Translations under genes and position numbers: made by a program
The notes under the pieces: model-generated
Databases searched by the model: none
What the model was told of the DNA's origin: nothing
What the model saw: the letters and a program-made list of their open reading frames with translations, nothing else
In this document: piece after piece, positions 35,984 through 46,355 of the stretch
How positions within the stretch are numbered: the first letter of the stretch is position 1
How the letters are laid out: the number at the start of each line of letters is the position of its first letter
Assembly (NCBI GenBank): GCA_012515785.1
Contig: JAAYXR010000074.1
Coordinates: forward strand, 1-51,525
Reading direction: 5' to 3'
Source: Acholeplasmataceae bacterium
GTDB taxonomy: Bacteria > Bacillota_I > Bacilli_A > Acholeplasmatales > Acholeplasmataceae
Length of the DNA: 51,525 bases

Positions 35984-36065
35984 ATGATTAAAGTTGAGAA
36001 AATTAGTATTAAAAATGAAAACGTTTGTCCAAAGATAAAAATATATTTTTTATCTTCTAAATGAA

Positions 36066-36094
36066 AAAGACTTTGAGTTTGTTTCAAAGTCTTT
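36066..36094 (-). terminator. Intrinsic terminator after the MATE gene
   Basis: AAAGACTTTGA (36066..36076) pairs with TCAAAGTCTTT (36084..36094), followed on the minus strand by a U-run. A second AT-rich 10-bp hairpin follows at 36032..36056. Confidence 0.75.
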
Positions 36095-36144
36095 CAACAA
36101 TTATAGTTATATTAACTTTTAAAACTATTTTACTATCATTATTT

Positions 36145-37574
36145 TTAAGCAACTTCTAAATAATGAATAAAATTATTGGCCTTATTTTTGAAATAGAAAA
36201 TCAAGAAAAACACACCTAATAATATCGCCGTAAAAATGTTACTTAAAGCCATTGTTAGGCCAACAACCTTATATCCGATATCACTAGCAAAATAGTATAA
36301 TAAAATTAAAATCGGAATCCTAAAAATGAATAGTCTAACTATGTTAACTATATATGAAATTTTGGTTAATTTAAACCCGTAAAAACCACCTAATAAAACA
36401 TTGGTTAGAGCGTTAGCTAAAATTGATAGTATTTCAAACTTTAATAGCTCTTTAGCCGTTTCAATTTTCAAATAATATTCTTCCATCGCTGATGCAGTAA
36501 CTTCAGTTGGTTTTGAAATAAAAAATTTAACTGCTGGTTCCATTAATAGAGCAATTAAGACCGCTCCTAATATTGTAAATATCATTGTATATATAGTCGC
36601 TACTGACACTGTTTTAAAAGCTCTTTTAGGATTTTTATTTCCCAAATTTTGAGAAATTAGCGTTGTCTCTACTTCTTCAGACGAACTAGAAATTACGCCC
36701 ACTCCTAAATTTGCTTTATAAGTTATTGACAATGCGGCAATTGCTCCAGCTCCATAATATACTGTCGCTAAATAATTAACAATTACTTTTCCAAAACTAA
36801 ATGTAAACCGACCTAAAACTACTGGAATTGAAATTTTGATCATTTCTTTAATATATTTTTTATTAAATGATAAATCTTTTAAATCAATTTTGAAAATATT
36901 ATTTTTGTTAAACATAACCGTTATTGCAAAAATAGTTAAAGATAACTGAGCGATTAAAGTCGTAACTGCAATCCATTCTATCGAATTTAAGCTAAAAACA
37001 AAAACAAATAATAGTGTTAAAATTACTTTGATTAACGCTACCACGATATTCATCATGATAATTAATTTGATATTTCTTTTCGCTCTTTCAAGACCAATAA
37101 AAACAACATTGATTGCTGTTAATGCGGTTGTCGTAATTTGAATATAAAAATATACTTGGCCGCGTTCAATAATGCCGCGATTAAAGTTTAATGCTTTTAG
37201 CAGTGGAATCACACCTAAAATCGTTAAAAGAATAAGAAAAATACTAATAATTGCTGTTAAAATTAAGACTACACCAGCATTACGCCGGGCTTCTTTAATT
37301 TCTCCCCGTCCATATAGATTAGCAACTATCACCGCACCGCCAGTCGCAAAACCAAAGCCAAAAGCGGATACTGCATTAATTATTTCATCAAAAAAACAAC
37401 TGAATCCTTTGGATCATTGGGAAACATTGAAATTATCTTTAAATCGAAAACGCCAAATAAATAATTTAGAAAATTATACATTGCAATTGGAATAAATATT
37501 ATTAAAAATACTTTCCAAATTGAATCGTTTAAGATCGAATTCCGGCGTTTTTGTTCTTTTTCTGAAAGTTGCAT
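36145..37574 (-). pseudogene. MATE-family efflux transporter interrupted by a frameshift in an A7/T7 homopolymer
   Basis: The ORFs 37380..37574 (64 aa) and 36145..37332 (395 aa) are the N- and C-terminal parts of one MATE protein. Adding one base to the A7 run at 37390..37396 joins them as ...PKDSVVFFDEIINAVSAFGFGFATGGAVIVANLYGRGE... Confidence 0.8.
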
Positions 37575-37595
37575 ATTTAGATTCCTTTTGTTTTA

Positions 37596-37628
37596 AAAAA
37601 TCCCATTTTAACTCGTAAAATGGGATTA
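37596..37628 (-). terminator. Intrinsic terminator after dnaB
   Basis: AATCCCATTTTA pairs with TAAAATGGGATT. The minus-strand reading is followed by U6. Confidence 0.8.
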
Positions 37629-37637
37629 TTATAATAA

Positions 37638-38984
37638 TTAATTTTCTCTTTGTTCGATTTGATAAAATCTTGACTGCTGTCTAGCAAATCTAAATTTTAA
37701 TTCAACACCCGACATACCTTGACGATTTTTAGCAATGATAATATCAATTAATCCGGTTGGTTCACTACCATCTTTAATATAATAATCATCACTATGCAAG
37801 AAGATTACAATATCAGCATCTTGTTCGATACTTCCTGATTCCCGCAAATCAGAAAGTACTGGTTTTCTTTCATCGCCTTTTCTTTGTTCAACGTTTCTTG
37901 AAAGTTGTGATAACGCAATGATTGGAACTTTTAATTCTTTAGCTAATTGTTTTAGGCTTCGAGAAATTTCTGAAACAACTTCTTGTCTGTTAGCATATCT
38001 TGATGAACTTGGTGATAAAAGTTGTAAGTAATCAATAATTATTAAATCTAATTTCCCTTCGTTTTTATATCGACGACATTTGGCTCTTAACTCTCCAACT
38101 TTTGAAGTGACTGAGTCATTAAAATGGATTCCATAGTCTTGCAATGTCTTGATGGTTGCTCCAAGTTCGCGCCACTCTTCAGGTCTTAGTGTCGCGGTTC
38201 TTAATTTTTTATTATCAATTCCTGATAAGTTAGATAACATTCTACCAACTATTTGCTCATTACTCATCTCTAAACTAAATAACGCCACGTGTTTAGTTTC
38301 ACCTTTAGAATTTGGTCTAGCAATATTTAACGCTAAGTTAATCGCAAATGCTGATTTCCCCATCCCTGGTCTTGCGGCCACAATAATTAATTCTTCTGGT
38401 TGGAAACCAGTAGTTACATCATTAAGTGATGAAAACCCAGTATTTAATCCAGTTACTTTTTGGCCTGATTTTCCAATTTTTTCAATTTTTGAATAATATT
38501 GATCGGCGACAACTGCAACATGCTCAAAATCACTAGTTCTTCTACTTGTTGAAAGTTCATAAACTTGTCTTTCAACTTCTTCTAAGTATTCTTCAGCAGT
38601 TTGATTTTGTCGATATCCAGATTCAACAATTTCACTTGATACTTTAATGATTCTTCTTTTTAAAGAAGCATCCATAATAATACCTAAATAAGTTTCAAAA
38701 CCATCTGCTGATGGTGTTAGTTGAGATAAATAGGTTAAATAATCTAAAGAAATCGTACCTAATGAAGGATTTTCAGAAAAAAATTCTCCAACCGAAACAA
38801 AGTCGATTTCTTTTTCACGATCATAGAGTGATTTCATCGCAGTAAAAATAACAGCGTTATTTTTGCTGAAAAAATCATCTGCTTGTAACAAATCTGCCGC
38901 CGTTACAATTAAACTAGGTTCAAAAAAGATTGAAGCTAGTAAGTTGGCTTCGGCTAAGTCAGCGTTTGGTAATTGACGTTGCAC
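37638..38984 (-). CDS. dnaB: Replicative DNA helicase
   Basis: Walker A ARPGMGKSAF, Walker B IIIDYLQL, and an N-terminal DnaB domain (LLASIFFEP). GTG start behind AGGTGA. Confidence 0.95.
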   Translation of the reverse strand: MQRQLPNADLAEANLLASIFFEPSLIVTAADLLQADDFFSKNNAVIFTAMKSLYDREKEIDFVSVGEFFSENPSLGTISLDYLTYLSQLTPSADGFETYLGIIMDASLKRRIIKVSSEIVESGYRQNQTAEEYLEEVERQVYELSTSRRTSDFEHVAVVADQYYSKIEKIGKSGQKVTGLNTGFSSLNDVTTGFQPEELIIVAARPGMGKSAFAINLALNIARPNSKGETKHVALFSLEMSNEQIVGRMLSNLSGIDNKKLRTATLRPEEWRELGATIKTLQDYGIHFNDSVTSKVGELRAKCRRYKNEGKLDLIIIDYLQLLSPSSSRYANRQEVVSEISRSLKQLAKELKVPIIALSQLSRNVEQRKGDERKPVLSDLRESGSIEQDADIVIFLHSDDYYIKDGSEPTGLIDIIIAKNRQGMSGVELKFRFARQQSRFYQIEQREN

Positions 38985-38992
38985 GATATCAC

Positions 38993-39436
38993 CTACTTCT
39001 CTACTACGTGAACATCAAATGATGCTTCTATGTCTTTATGTAAACTGACAGTTGCGGTATAGATACCGACTGAATTAACTTCTCCAACTAGTTGAACTTT
39101 CTTGCGATCTAAGACAATTTGGTTTTGAGTTTCAAAGGCTTCAACAATTTGTTTCGTGGTTACTGCCCCAAACATTTTACCATCATGTCCAATTTGAACA
39201 CTTACTGTTACTGATTTAGAATCGATTTCTTTTTTAAGTTGTTTTATTAGTTCTAAATGTTGTTGTTCGCGTTTCATTTGGTCTTCGAGTTTTTGGTTAA
39301 GTGCTGCTAAGTTTTCTTCATTTGCAATTACTGCTTTCTTATTCTTAATTAAATAGTTACCATAACCAGAAGCTACCGTAATCACATCATCAGCTTTTCC
39401 TCTATTTTTAACATCTTCTAATAAAATAATTTCCAT
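38993..39436 (-). CDS. rplI: Ribosomal protein L9 coding segment, in frame and contiguous with upstream gdpP
   Basis: MEIILLEDVKNRGKADDVITVASGYGNYLIKNKKAV..., 147 aa, typical L9 N- and C-domains. There is no stop codon between it and gdpP. Confidence 0.9.
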   Translation of the reverse strand: MEIILLEDVKNRGKADDVITVASGYGNYLIKNKKAVIANEENLAALNQKLEDQMKREQQHLELIKQLKKEIDSKSVTVSVQIGHDGKMFGAVTTKQIVEAFETQNQIVLDRKKVQLVGEVNSVGIYTATVSLHKDIEASFDVHVVEK

Positions 39437-41431
39437 ATCCTCACCATCTCCTCCGTACTCTAAATCTAATAAGTGCTTAATGTTCAAGAACACTTCGTGT
39501 ACACTAGCATCTTTAATTTGTGCCGCAGCACCGGTTAAGTGGCCGCCGCCACCAATTTCTTCCATTAACACTTGCACGTTAACATGTTGAATAGATCTAG
39601 CACTAACGCCAACCGTATCTTTATCTAAATACGTAATTGTAAAGGCCGCATCAATTCCATCAATTTGTAACATTTCGTCTGCAACTTGTGCTAATAATAC
39701 TCGATCTTTATATATTTCATCACACACTGAAAATGCGAATCTGTCTAAGAAAATTTCAACTTTAGAAATTAGTTTGTTAATTTCCATTAAACGTTTCTTA
39801 TCTTTTCTTAACCATAAATTAACTTCACCCATATCAGCACCATATTCTCTTAAAGTTGATGCCACTTCAAAAGTTCTAGTTCCAATTCTGTTTAAGAAGT
39901 TGTTAGTATCAACGACTAATCCAGCATACATAACCGATGCTTCAAGTGGTGTAATTAAAACATCACGGCTATAAAATGGTATTAGTTCTACTAATAACTC
40001 AATTGTTGAAGAAGCATAAGGCTCGACATAAGAGAATACCGCTTCAAATGGAGCATCACCGCTACTTCTATGGTGGTCGATAACAGCGATATTTTTCGCC
40101 TTTTCATATACTTCAGGGCTTGAAACAATCTTAGGTGATTGTGTATCGAGAATAATGACTAAAGTACTATCATTCATCATTCTAACCGCTTCTTGGCTCG
40201 TTACTAAATATTCATAAAAGTCAGGTTCTTCAGAAGTTAAAATATGACTAATTTTATTAACTGTTGGATCAACTCTTTCAATATCAAAAATAACTTTAGC
40301 TTTATCTGGCGCATGGGAACGAATCATTTGGAGCATCGCAATCATTGATCCAAAGGCGTCGGTATCACTTTGCATATGCGACATAATTAATACGTTTGAC
40401 GATTTATCAACTAACTCTTTTAAGGTTTGAGCATTAACTCTAGTATTAACTTTAGAGTGAGTAGCTGAAGCATCTTGTTTAGCTCCAAAATAAGCAATCT
40501 TTTGATGTTGAATATTAACTACTACTTGGTCGCCCCCACGTCTTTCCGCAAGTTCAACTGCACTTTGAGCATAACTTCCAATTAGTTCATATTCAACGTC
40601 CCAACTGGCAATTCCAATTGAAACCGTAACTTTAACATTGTGTAAATCCGAGACATCACGAATACGTTCAAGTACCGTAAAATTATCTTGAATCATCTTA
40701 TCTAAATTTTCTCGGTAAACATTCATGACCAATCTTTCATCGCTAAATGTTTTTAAATATCCATCATATTCACTAACCCAGTCAGCAATAATACCCAAAT
40801 ATTCACCTTTAATCGTTGATTGTTCAGAAACATCTAATCCCGCTAACGCTTCATCTAAGTTATCAAGATAAATTAAACCAACAGCTGGAATGCGGTTATG
40901 GTATCTTTCAATAATTTCTTCTCTTTTAGTAACGTTAAAGAAGTATGCCGAGTTTAATTTTTTATTATAAATGATATCAAACTTTTCTTTGCCAACTGTA
41001 ATCGTAAAGTTATGAATACCCTCAGCAATATTATTTGGAATATCTTCTGAAATGTCACCGACATATTTTCCAATTGTTGATTGACCAAAAACTCCTACTG
41101 CAAAGTTATTGGCCCATTTAACATCTTCATCATCGCCTAAAACTAATACTCCTACTGGTAATTCGTTAAATAATTCGTCTCCGACTTGGCTAACGTGATA
41201 AGAAAGTTGTGTCCAGGCTTTCAATCTATTTTGTAAATTATTGATTTCTTGTTGTTTATTAAAAATAGCAATAATAACAATCGCACTAGCCAGTAACGCA
41301 AACGCTACAAATAATGATCCCAATGCTAATGTATCAATTATTCCTAAATTAATATCAATTTCAACAAAGAAAAAAACTAGGCTTCCAATCATAAATATTA
41401 TTGAAAAAGCTAAATAAATCCATCTTTTCAT
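39437..41431 (-). CDS. gdpP: GdpP-type cyclic-di-AMP phosphodiesterase (2 TM + PAS-like + degenerate GGDEF + DHH/DHHA1), lacking its own stop codon
   Basis: Two N-terminal TM helices. DHH motifs SHMQSDTDAFGS and VIDHHR; DHHA1 motif GGGGH. Ends ...IKHLLDLEYGGDGED and reads directly into the rplI ATG at 39436 (one 812-aa ORF, 38993..41431). Confidence 0.85.
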
Positions 41432-41545
41432 TTGTCCACCTCTTTCTTCGTATTATTATTTTAACACATATATTCTATTAAAGTAATCGAAACTGCTGAA
41501 TTTAATAAAAATTATTAAATTTCAAATTAGATTTTAAAATTATAC

Positions 41546-41580
41546 AAAAAAAGTGGCACTAAATTTTAGTGCCACTTTTA
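41546..41580 (-). terminator. Intrinsic terminator after rpsR
   Basis: AAAAGTGGCACT (41549..41560) pairs with AGTGCCACTTTT (41568..41579). A U-run follows on the minus strand. Confidence 0.8.
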
Positions 41581-41586
41581 TATTAA

Positions 41587-41817
41587 TTATTCTTTTACAA
41601 ATGGTAATAATGCCATATGTCTTGCTCTTTTGATTGCAGTAGCAAGTTGTCGTTGCCATTTAGCACTTGTACCAGTTACTCTTCTTGGTAAAATTTTACC
41701 TCTATCAGTGATAAATTTCTTTAATAATTCAACATCTTTAAAATCGATGTGAGTGAACTTGTTTTGTGTAAAATGACAAACTTTACGACGTCTTTTAAAT
41801 CCGCCTCTTCTTTGCAT
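41587..41817 (-). CDS. rpsR: Ribosomal protein S18
   Basis: 76 aa; motifs KILPRRVTG and [11 protein letters not shown]. Confidence 0.95.
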   Translation of the reverse strand: MQRRGGFKRRRKVCHFTQNKFTHIDFKDVELLKKFITDRGKILPRRVTGTSAKWQRQLATAIKRARHMALLPFVKE

Positions 41818-41829
41818 CGTTATTCCTCC

Positions 41830-42231
41830 TTAAAATGGTAAATCGTCTTCGACTGATAATTTACTAGTTGCTTCAAAAAAATCATCTTCTTCGTTGCGTG
41901 TGCTAGTATCTTCAGTTTTTGAACTCAAAAATGTGACTGAATCACAAACTACTTCTGTAATATAGCGTTTGCCTTGATCAGTGTCATAAGAACGAACTTG
42001 CATTCTTCCTTCAACTCCTAATAAGGCGCCTTGAGTAATGTGTTTAGCTAAATTTTCAGCTTGATTTCTCCAAGCAACACATGGAATGAAGTCTGCTTGA
42101 CGTTCTCCTTGAGCGTCGGCATAAGGTCTATTTACTGCAAGAGTAAAACCAACAACTGCTATACCTGTTTGTGTATATCTTAATTCTGGATCTTTTGTGA
42201 TTCGTCCTACTAATACTACTCTGTTTAACAT
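41830..42231 (-). CDS. ssb: Single-stranded DNA-binding protein
   Basis: [22 protein letters not shown] fold and an acidic tail ending DDLPF. Confidence 0.95.
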   Translation of the reverse strand: MLNRVVLVGRITKDPELRYTQTGIAVVGFTLAVNRPYADAQGERQADFIPCVAWRNQAENLAKHITQGALLGVEGRMQVRSYDTDQGKRYITEVVCDSVTFLSSKTEDTSTRNEEDDFFEATSKLSVEDDLPF

Positions 42232-42233
42232 AA

Positions 42234-42521
42234 TTATTCTCCTTCTTTAACTATGATGTAGCGAATGACGCTTTCGTTAATTCTGATTAAGCGGTTAAAT
42301 TCATTAACTGCTGGCACATCAGCTTCAACTTTAAGCCATACGTAGTAGCCTTTTTTATGTTTTTCAATTTCATAGGCTAGATCACGTAGACCCCACTCTT
42401 TGAACTCTAAAACATTAGCATTATTAGAAGTTAATATTTCGTTGAAATAAGCAACTACTTCTTTAATCGCTTCTGATTCTAAAGTTGGTCTAATGATGTA
42501 CATTATTTCATAATTTCTCAT
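42234..42521 (-). CDS. rpsF: Ribosomal protein S6
   Basis: [12 protein letters not shown] start behind AAAGGAGGA (ATG 42521). The track N-terminal extension to 42575 is not supported. Confidence 0.95.
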   Translation of the reverse strand: MRNYEIMYIIRPTLESEAIKEVVAYFNEILTSNNANVLEFKEWGLRDLAYEIEKHKKGYYVWLKVEADVPAVNEFNRLIRINESVIRYIIVKEGE

Positions 42522-42639
42522 TTTTTCTTTTCCTCCTTTTGGTCTATTGGTCACTAAAGTGACAAGGTTTTGCAACGTTTACTATTTTAACATAGTTAAA
42601 CATATATTACAAGTAATATAAGTTTCAAAGTTTTTTATT

Positions 42640-43104
42640 TTAATTTACTTTATTATCCTCTAGTGTAGGTTCTAAAATGTACTCTTTTTCATTAAAGGTA
42701 ACTTTCATCGACACAAATTCGTTGTTATCAGTTTCTACGAAGGTAATAATCACCTCATATGAAGTGGTTTGTCTTTGAATCTTTCCGTGATAATCATTTC
42801 CTTTTTGCTTATCTAGTGTAAATGAATATGTTAATGGGGCCTCATTATCAAATGACAAAAATACGTTATTTATTTCGTATAATCTATTTTCAATAACGAT
42901 GACGCTGCTAGGTAGTTTTTCATCTTTTTCTAAATAAAAATCTTCTAATAAAATTTGAAGTTTAGTCGGTTCATTGACTCCTGAAATTTCACTTAAACTT
43001 CTTTCATAACTATAAAAGTCAGCTCTCACATTTAACTCGGTATTTGAACATCCAACTAGCGAAAAGAATATGACAAACATTAATAAAAATTTAGCTTTTC
43101 TCAT
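42640..43104 (-). CDS. Lipoprotein, unknown function
   Basis: Signal peptide plus lipobox SLVGC. No recognisable domain. Confidence 0.65.
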   Translation of the reverse strand: MRKAKFLLMFVIFFSLVGCSNTELNVRADFYSYERSLSEISGVNEPTKLQILLEDFYLEKDEKLPSSVIVIENRLYEINNVFLSFDNEAPLTYSFTLDKQKGNDYHGKIQRQTTSYEVIITFVETDNNEFVSMKVTFNEKEYILEPTLEDNKVN

Positions 43105-43105
43105 C

Positions 43106-43639
43106 TTAATTCCCCTCCTTTAAAAAAGGCAAGTAAATCGCTTTAACAACTTCTTTCTGGTCATTTAAAGATTTAGTAGAATCAAAGTTTTTAATCAGCT
43201 GATAATTATACATTATATGTAGGGACCCATCACTTGACCAACTAGGAATAAACAAATAATACTCTCCTACCTCAAAGTATCTTGATGGAAAATGAAATCC
43301 ATGGTCATCCGTAAAATATATAGATAATTCGGTCTTGGAAATATCACCTTTAATCATTTTAATATCCACTAAATTTAACAGCGATGATTTTCCCGGTTCC
43401 TCTTCAGTATAACGATCATAAACACTTTCGATTTTTGCCACAAAAATAAACATCGCATTTTCATTGATGTAATCATAATTAGATTCATTTGGCACTAATA
43501 AATCTGGATGTGTACAACGATAGTAATTGGTAATTTCTACGGTTTTATCATATTGCTTGTTTTGAATGTATTTAGGAGAACATCCAAATAAAGCAATTGA
43601 TAATAACCCCAATATCGAAAATACAAATATTTTTCTCAT
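43106..43639 (-). CDS. Lipoprotein, unknown function
   Basis: Start at MRKIFVFSILGLLSIALFGC (ATG 43639) behind AAGGAGG. Lipobox LFGC. No recognisable domain. Confidence 0.65.
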   Translation of the reverse strand: MRKIFVFSILGLLSIALFGCSPKYIQNKQYDKTVEITNYYRCTHPDLLVPNESNYDYINENAMFIFVAKIESVYDRYTEEEPGKSSLLNLVDIKMIKGDISKTELSIYFTDDHGFHFPSRYFEVGEYYLFIPSWSSDGSLHIMYNYQLIKNFDSTKSLNDQKEVVKAIYLPFLKEGN

Positions 43640-43678
43640 AACTATCGCCTCCTTATTATCTATATATAACAAAAAAAC

Positions 43679-44143
43679 TTATTCGATTAAATCAATGATA
43701 GCTTTAAACGTAAAATTAACTGCGTCTTCAATATTTTTTAACCGTACCTTTGACGGAAGTTCAACTTTTAGCACTTGATTTTTATCTTTGGTTATGATTG
43801 ATACATAGGCAACTTGCTTCTGGATTCCTTCTTCATATGTTGGGCCAGCATTTCCAGTTATTGACACATAAATATCAGCTTTTGAAATTAATTTTAAGCC
43901 TTCATTCATTGCCTCAGCAACTTCTTTTGAGACAATACCAAACTTATTAATAATCGCTGGTGATACCTTTAATATCTCTTGTTTGGCTTCACTACTATAA
44001 ACGACAAAAGATCTTTTTAAAATATTACTCGCACCTGGAAATTTAACTAAGCTAGCTGATAATGCTCCACCGGTAATACTTTCGGCAAAAGTAATGGTTA
44101 AGTTTTTAGTTATTAATAAATCAAATAATTTTTGACTATACAT
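43679..44143 (-). CDS. cinA: CinA C-terminal-domain protein (PncC-type NMN amidohydrolase family)
   Basis: FAESITGG motif. Start at ATG 44143 behind AGGTGA, overlapping the tatD stop by 8 nt. Confidence 0.8.
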   Translation of the reverse strand: MYSQKLFDLLITKNLTITFAESITGGALSASLVKFPGASNILKRSFVVYSSEAKQEILKVSPAIINKFGIVSKEVAEAMNEGLKLISKADIYVSITGNAGPTYEEGIQKQVAYVSIITKDKNQVLKVELPSKVRLKNIEDAVNFTFKAIIDLIE

Positions 44144-44906
44144 TTTGATCACCTAGTTTAAAAAGCCTTTTAGCATTATTAGTAGTTATTTTGGCAACCT
44201 CATCATATGTTGAGTTTAAAAGTTGAGCTAATTTAATTGCTACAAACTTAACATAGGCCGGTTCATTTCTTTTTCCTCTATGAGGATCTGGCGCTAAATA
44301 TGGCGCATCGGTTTCTAAGATTAATTTATCAATTGGAACACGTTTAACTGCTTCTTGAAGTTCTTGAGCGTTTTTGAAGGTTAAGACCCCACCTAGTCCT
44401 AAATAAAAGCCTAAATCGATGATTTTACGCGCTTCTTCAAGACCTAAGGTAAAACAATGAAAGACTCCGCTAACTTTTCCTTTATATTCTCTTAGAATCT
44501 CATATGTTTCATTAAAAGAGTTTCTAACATGAATAATTAATGGTAAGTTTTTCTTAATCGCAAGTTCAATATGCTTACGAAACATCACTACTTGCTCTGG
44601 CAAAGTTTTTTGGTTTTCCGGCCAATATAAATCAAGTCCGGTTTCACCAATTGCTACAACTTTTTCATGATCCACATACTTTAAAACATCACTAAAAGAA
44701 TGAGTTGCAGCATTACTTGGATGAACTCCTACTGATGCCAACAAATTATATTTTTTAGCGATTTCAATCGCTCTTTCGTTCGTTCTTCCGCCAATTCCAA
44801 CAACGACCATCGATAAAACATCGTTATCACGAGCACTTTTTACAACCTCATCTAAACGATCTTTAAATTCATCGATATTCAAATGAACATGGGTATCAAT
44901 TAACAT
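44136..44906 (-). CDS. tatD: TatD-family metal-dependent hydrolase/DNase
   Basis: MLIDTHVHL N-terminus; GETGLD and ETDAPYL motifs. Confidence 0.9.
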   Translation of the reverse strand: MLIDTHVHLNIDEFKDRLDEVVKSARDNDVLSMVVVGIGGRTNERAIEIAKKYNLLASVGVHPSNAATHSFSDVLKYVDHEKVVAIGETGLDLYWPENQKTLPEQVVMFRKHIELAIKKNLPLIIHVRNSFNETYEILREYKGKVSGVFHCFTLGLEEARKIIDLGFYLGLGGVLTFKNAQELQEAVKRVPIDKLILETDAPYLAPDPHRGKRNEPAYVKFVAIKLAQLLNSTYDEVAKITTNNAKRLFKLGDQNV

Positions 44907-46355
44907 TTAATCTTCCTTAATATCATCAAATTTTAAAATTGGATTTCTGGCAGCTAAAACTTCATCTAATCTTCTAACTAACGTGTCATGTGGTGCTTCT
45001 TTTAAAATCTGTGGATTTTCTTTAGCCTCAGCACTAATTTGTTTCATTACATTAATAAAATTATCAAGAGTTTCTTTTGATTCAGTTTCAGTTGGTTCAA
45101 CCATCATAGCTTCGGAAACAATCAATGGGAAATAGATGGTTGGCGGATGAACTCCGTAGTCAAGTAATCTTTTAGCAACATCTAATGTTTTAATACCAGT
45201 TGATTTATCAACTAAACCATCAAAGACTACTTCATGCATACAAACTGAATCAATTGCAACCTTGTATTCATTTTCTAATGATTTTCGAATATAGTTAGCA
45301 TTTAATACCGCTAAGCCGCCGACTTTAGATAAATTTTCTTTACCTAAAGTTTTAACATAGGCATTAGTTTTAGCGATAACTTGGAAGTTACCATAAAAAC
45401 GTCCAATTCGACCAACTGATTTTTTTGGATTATAAAATTCATATTTATTTTTATTTTTTCTAACAATTGGACTTGGCAAATAATCAACTAATTCTTTAAC
45501 TACTCCAACTGGACCAGCTCCTGGTCCACCACCACCATGTGGTGCTGATAATGTTTTATGAACATTTAAGTGAACAATATCAAATCCCATATGGGCTGGT
45601 TTACCTTGACCTAATAGAGCGTTTAAGTTAGCGCCATCATAATATAAAAGTCCACCGCAATCATGAATTAATTTAGAAATAGTTAAAATATCTTTTTCAA
45701 AAATTCCTAAAGTATTAGGATTAGTTAACATAATTCCTGCGATTTCTGGAGAAAGTAAAGTCTTTAAGTCTTCAACATTAACCGTTCCATCTTCATTTGA
45801 TTTAACTTCTAAGATGTCAAATCCAGCAACAGCCGCACTAGCAGGATTAGTTCCGTGAGCACTATCAGGAATAATAATTTTCGTTCTTTTGAAATCTTTT
45901 CGTGAACGATGATATTCTTTTATAATCCATAAACCTAATAACTCACCATGAGCTCCAGCAAATGGTGCTAATGAAAAATAATCCGTTCCGGTAATTTCAC
46001 GAAGTAATAAATCCGTTTCATACATTAACTCTAAAGAGCCTTGATTCGCACTTTCAGGAGCTAGTGGATGAGATGTTGCAAAAGGTGCAAGCGAAGCCAT
46101 TTCCTCATTAATTTTAGGGTTATACTTCATGGTGCAGGAGCCAAGTGGATAAAATCCAGTGTCAACACCAAAATTTTTATTACTTAAGTTAGTGTAATGT
46201 CTAACAACCATTGGTTCACTAACTTCTGGAAGTTCAACTCTACTTGATCTTCTTAAGTTCTTAGGTAGTTTTGATAAATTGTTGGTATCGGTGTATAAGT
46301 CATGACCAATTTGATTCTCATTTGAGATTTCAAAAATTATTTTATCGTAACGCAT
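44907..46355 (-). CDS. gcvPB: Glycine dehydrogenase (decarboxylating) subunit 2
   Basis: 482 aa. PLP-lysine region LNVHKTLSAPHGGGGPG. Confidence 0.95.
   Translation of the reverse strand: MRYDKIIFEISNENQIGHDLYTDTNNLSKLPKNLRRSSRVELPEVSEPMVVRHYTNLSNKNFGVDTGFYPLGSCTMKYNPKINEEMASLAPFATSHPLAPESANQGSLELMYETDLLLREITGTDYFSLAPFAGAHGELLGLWIIKEYHRSRKDFKRTKIIIPDSAHGTNPASAAVAGFDILEVKSNEDGTVNVEDLKTLLSPEIAGIMLTNPNTLGIFEKDILTISKLIHDCGGLLYYDGANLNALLGQGKPAHMGFDIVHLNVHKTLSAPHGGGGPGAGPVGVVKELVDYLPSPIVRKNKNKYEFYNPKKSVGRIGRFYGNFQVIAKTNAYVKTLGKENLSKVGGLAVLNANYIRKSLENEYKVAIDSVCMHEVVFDGLVDKSTGIKTLDVAKRLLDYGVHPPTIYFPLIVSEAMMVEPTETESKETLDNFINVMKQISAEAKENPQILKEAPHDTLVRRLDEVLAARNPILKFDDIKED

Noticed and set aside
35984-36064. 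26-aa plus-strand sORF (MIKVEKISIKNENVCPKIKIYFLSSK) in the 205-nt MATE/prfA intergenic region.
   Set aside because: It has no SD and no signal peptide. It overlaps the minus-strand prfA promoter and the tandem terminator hairpins, so it is most likely fortuitous in AT-rich DNA.
42541-42575. Hairpin in the rpsF 5' UTR (GTCAC-TAAA-GTGAC) as a possible S6:S18 autoregulatory leader.
   Set aside because: The continuous stem is only 5 bp. I cannot verify the internal-loop mimic of the 16S rRNA binding site by eye; this needs a covariance-model search.
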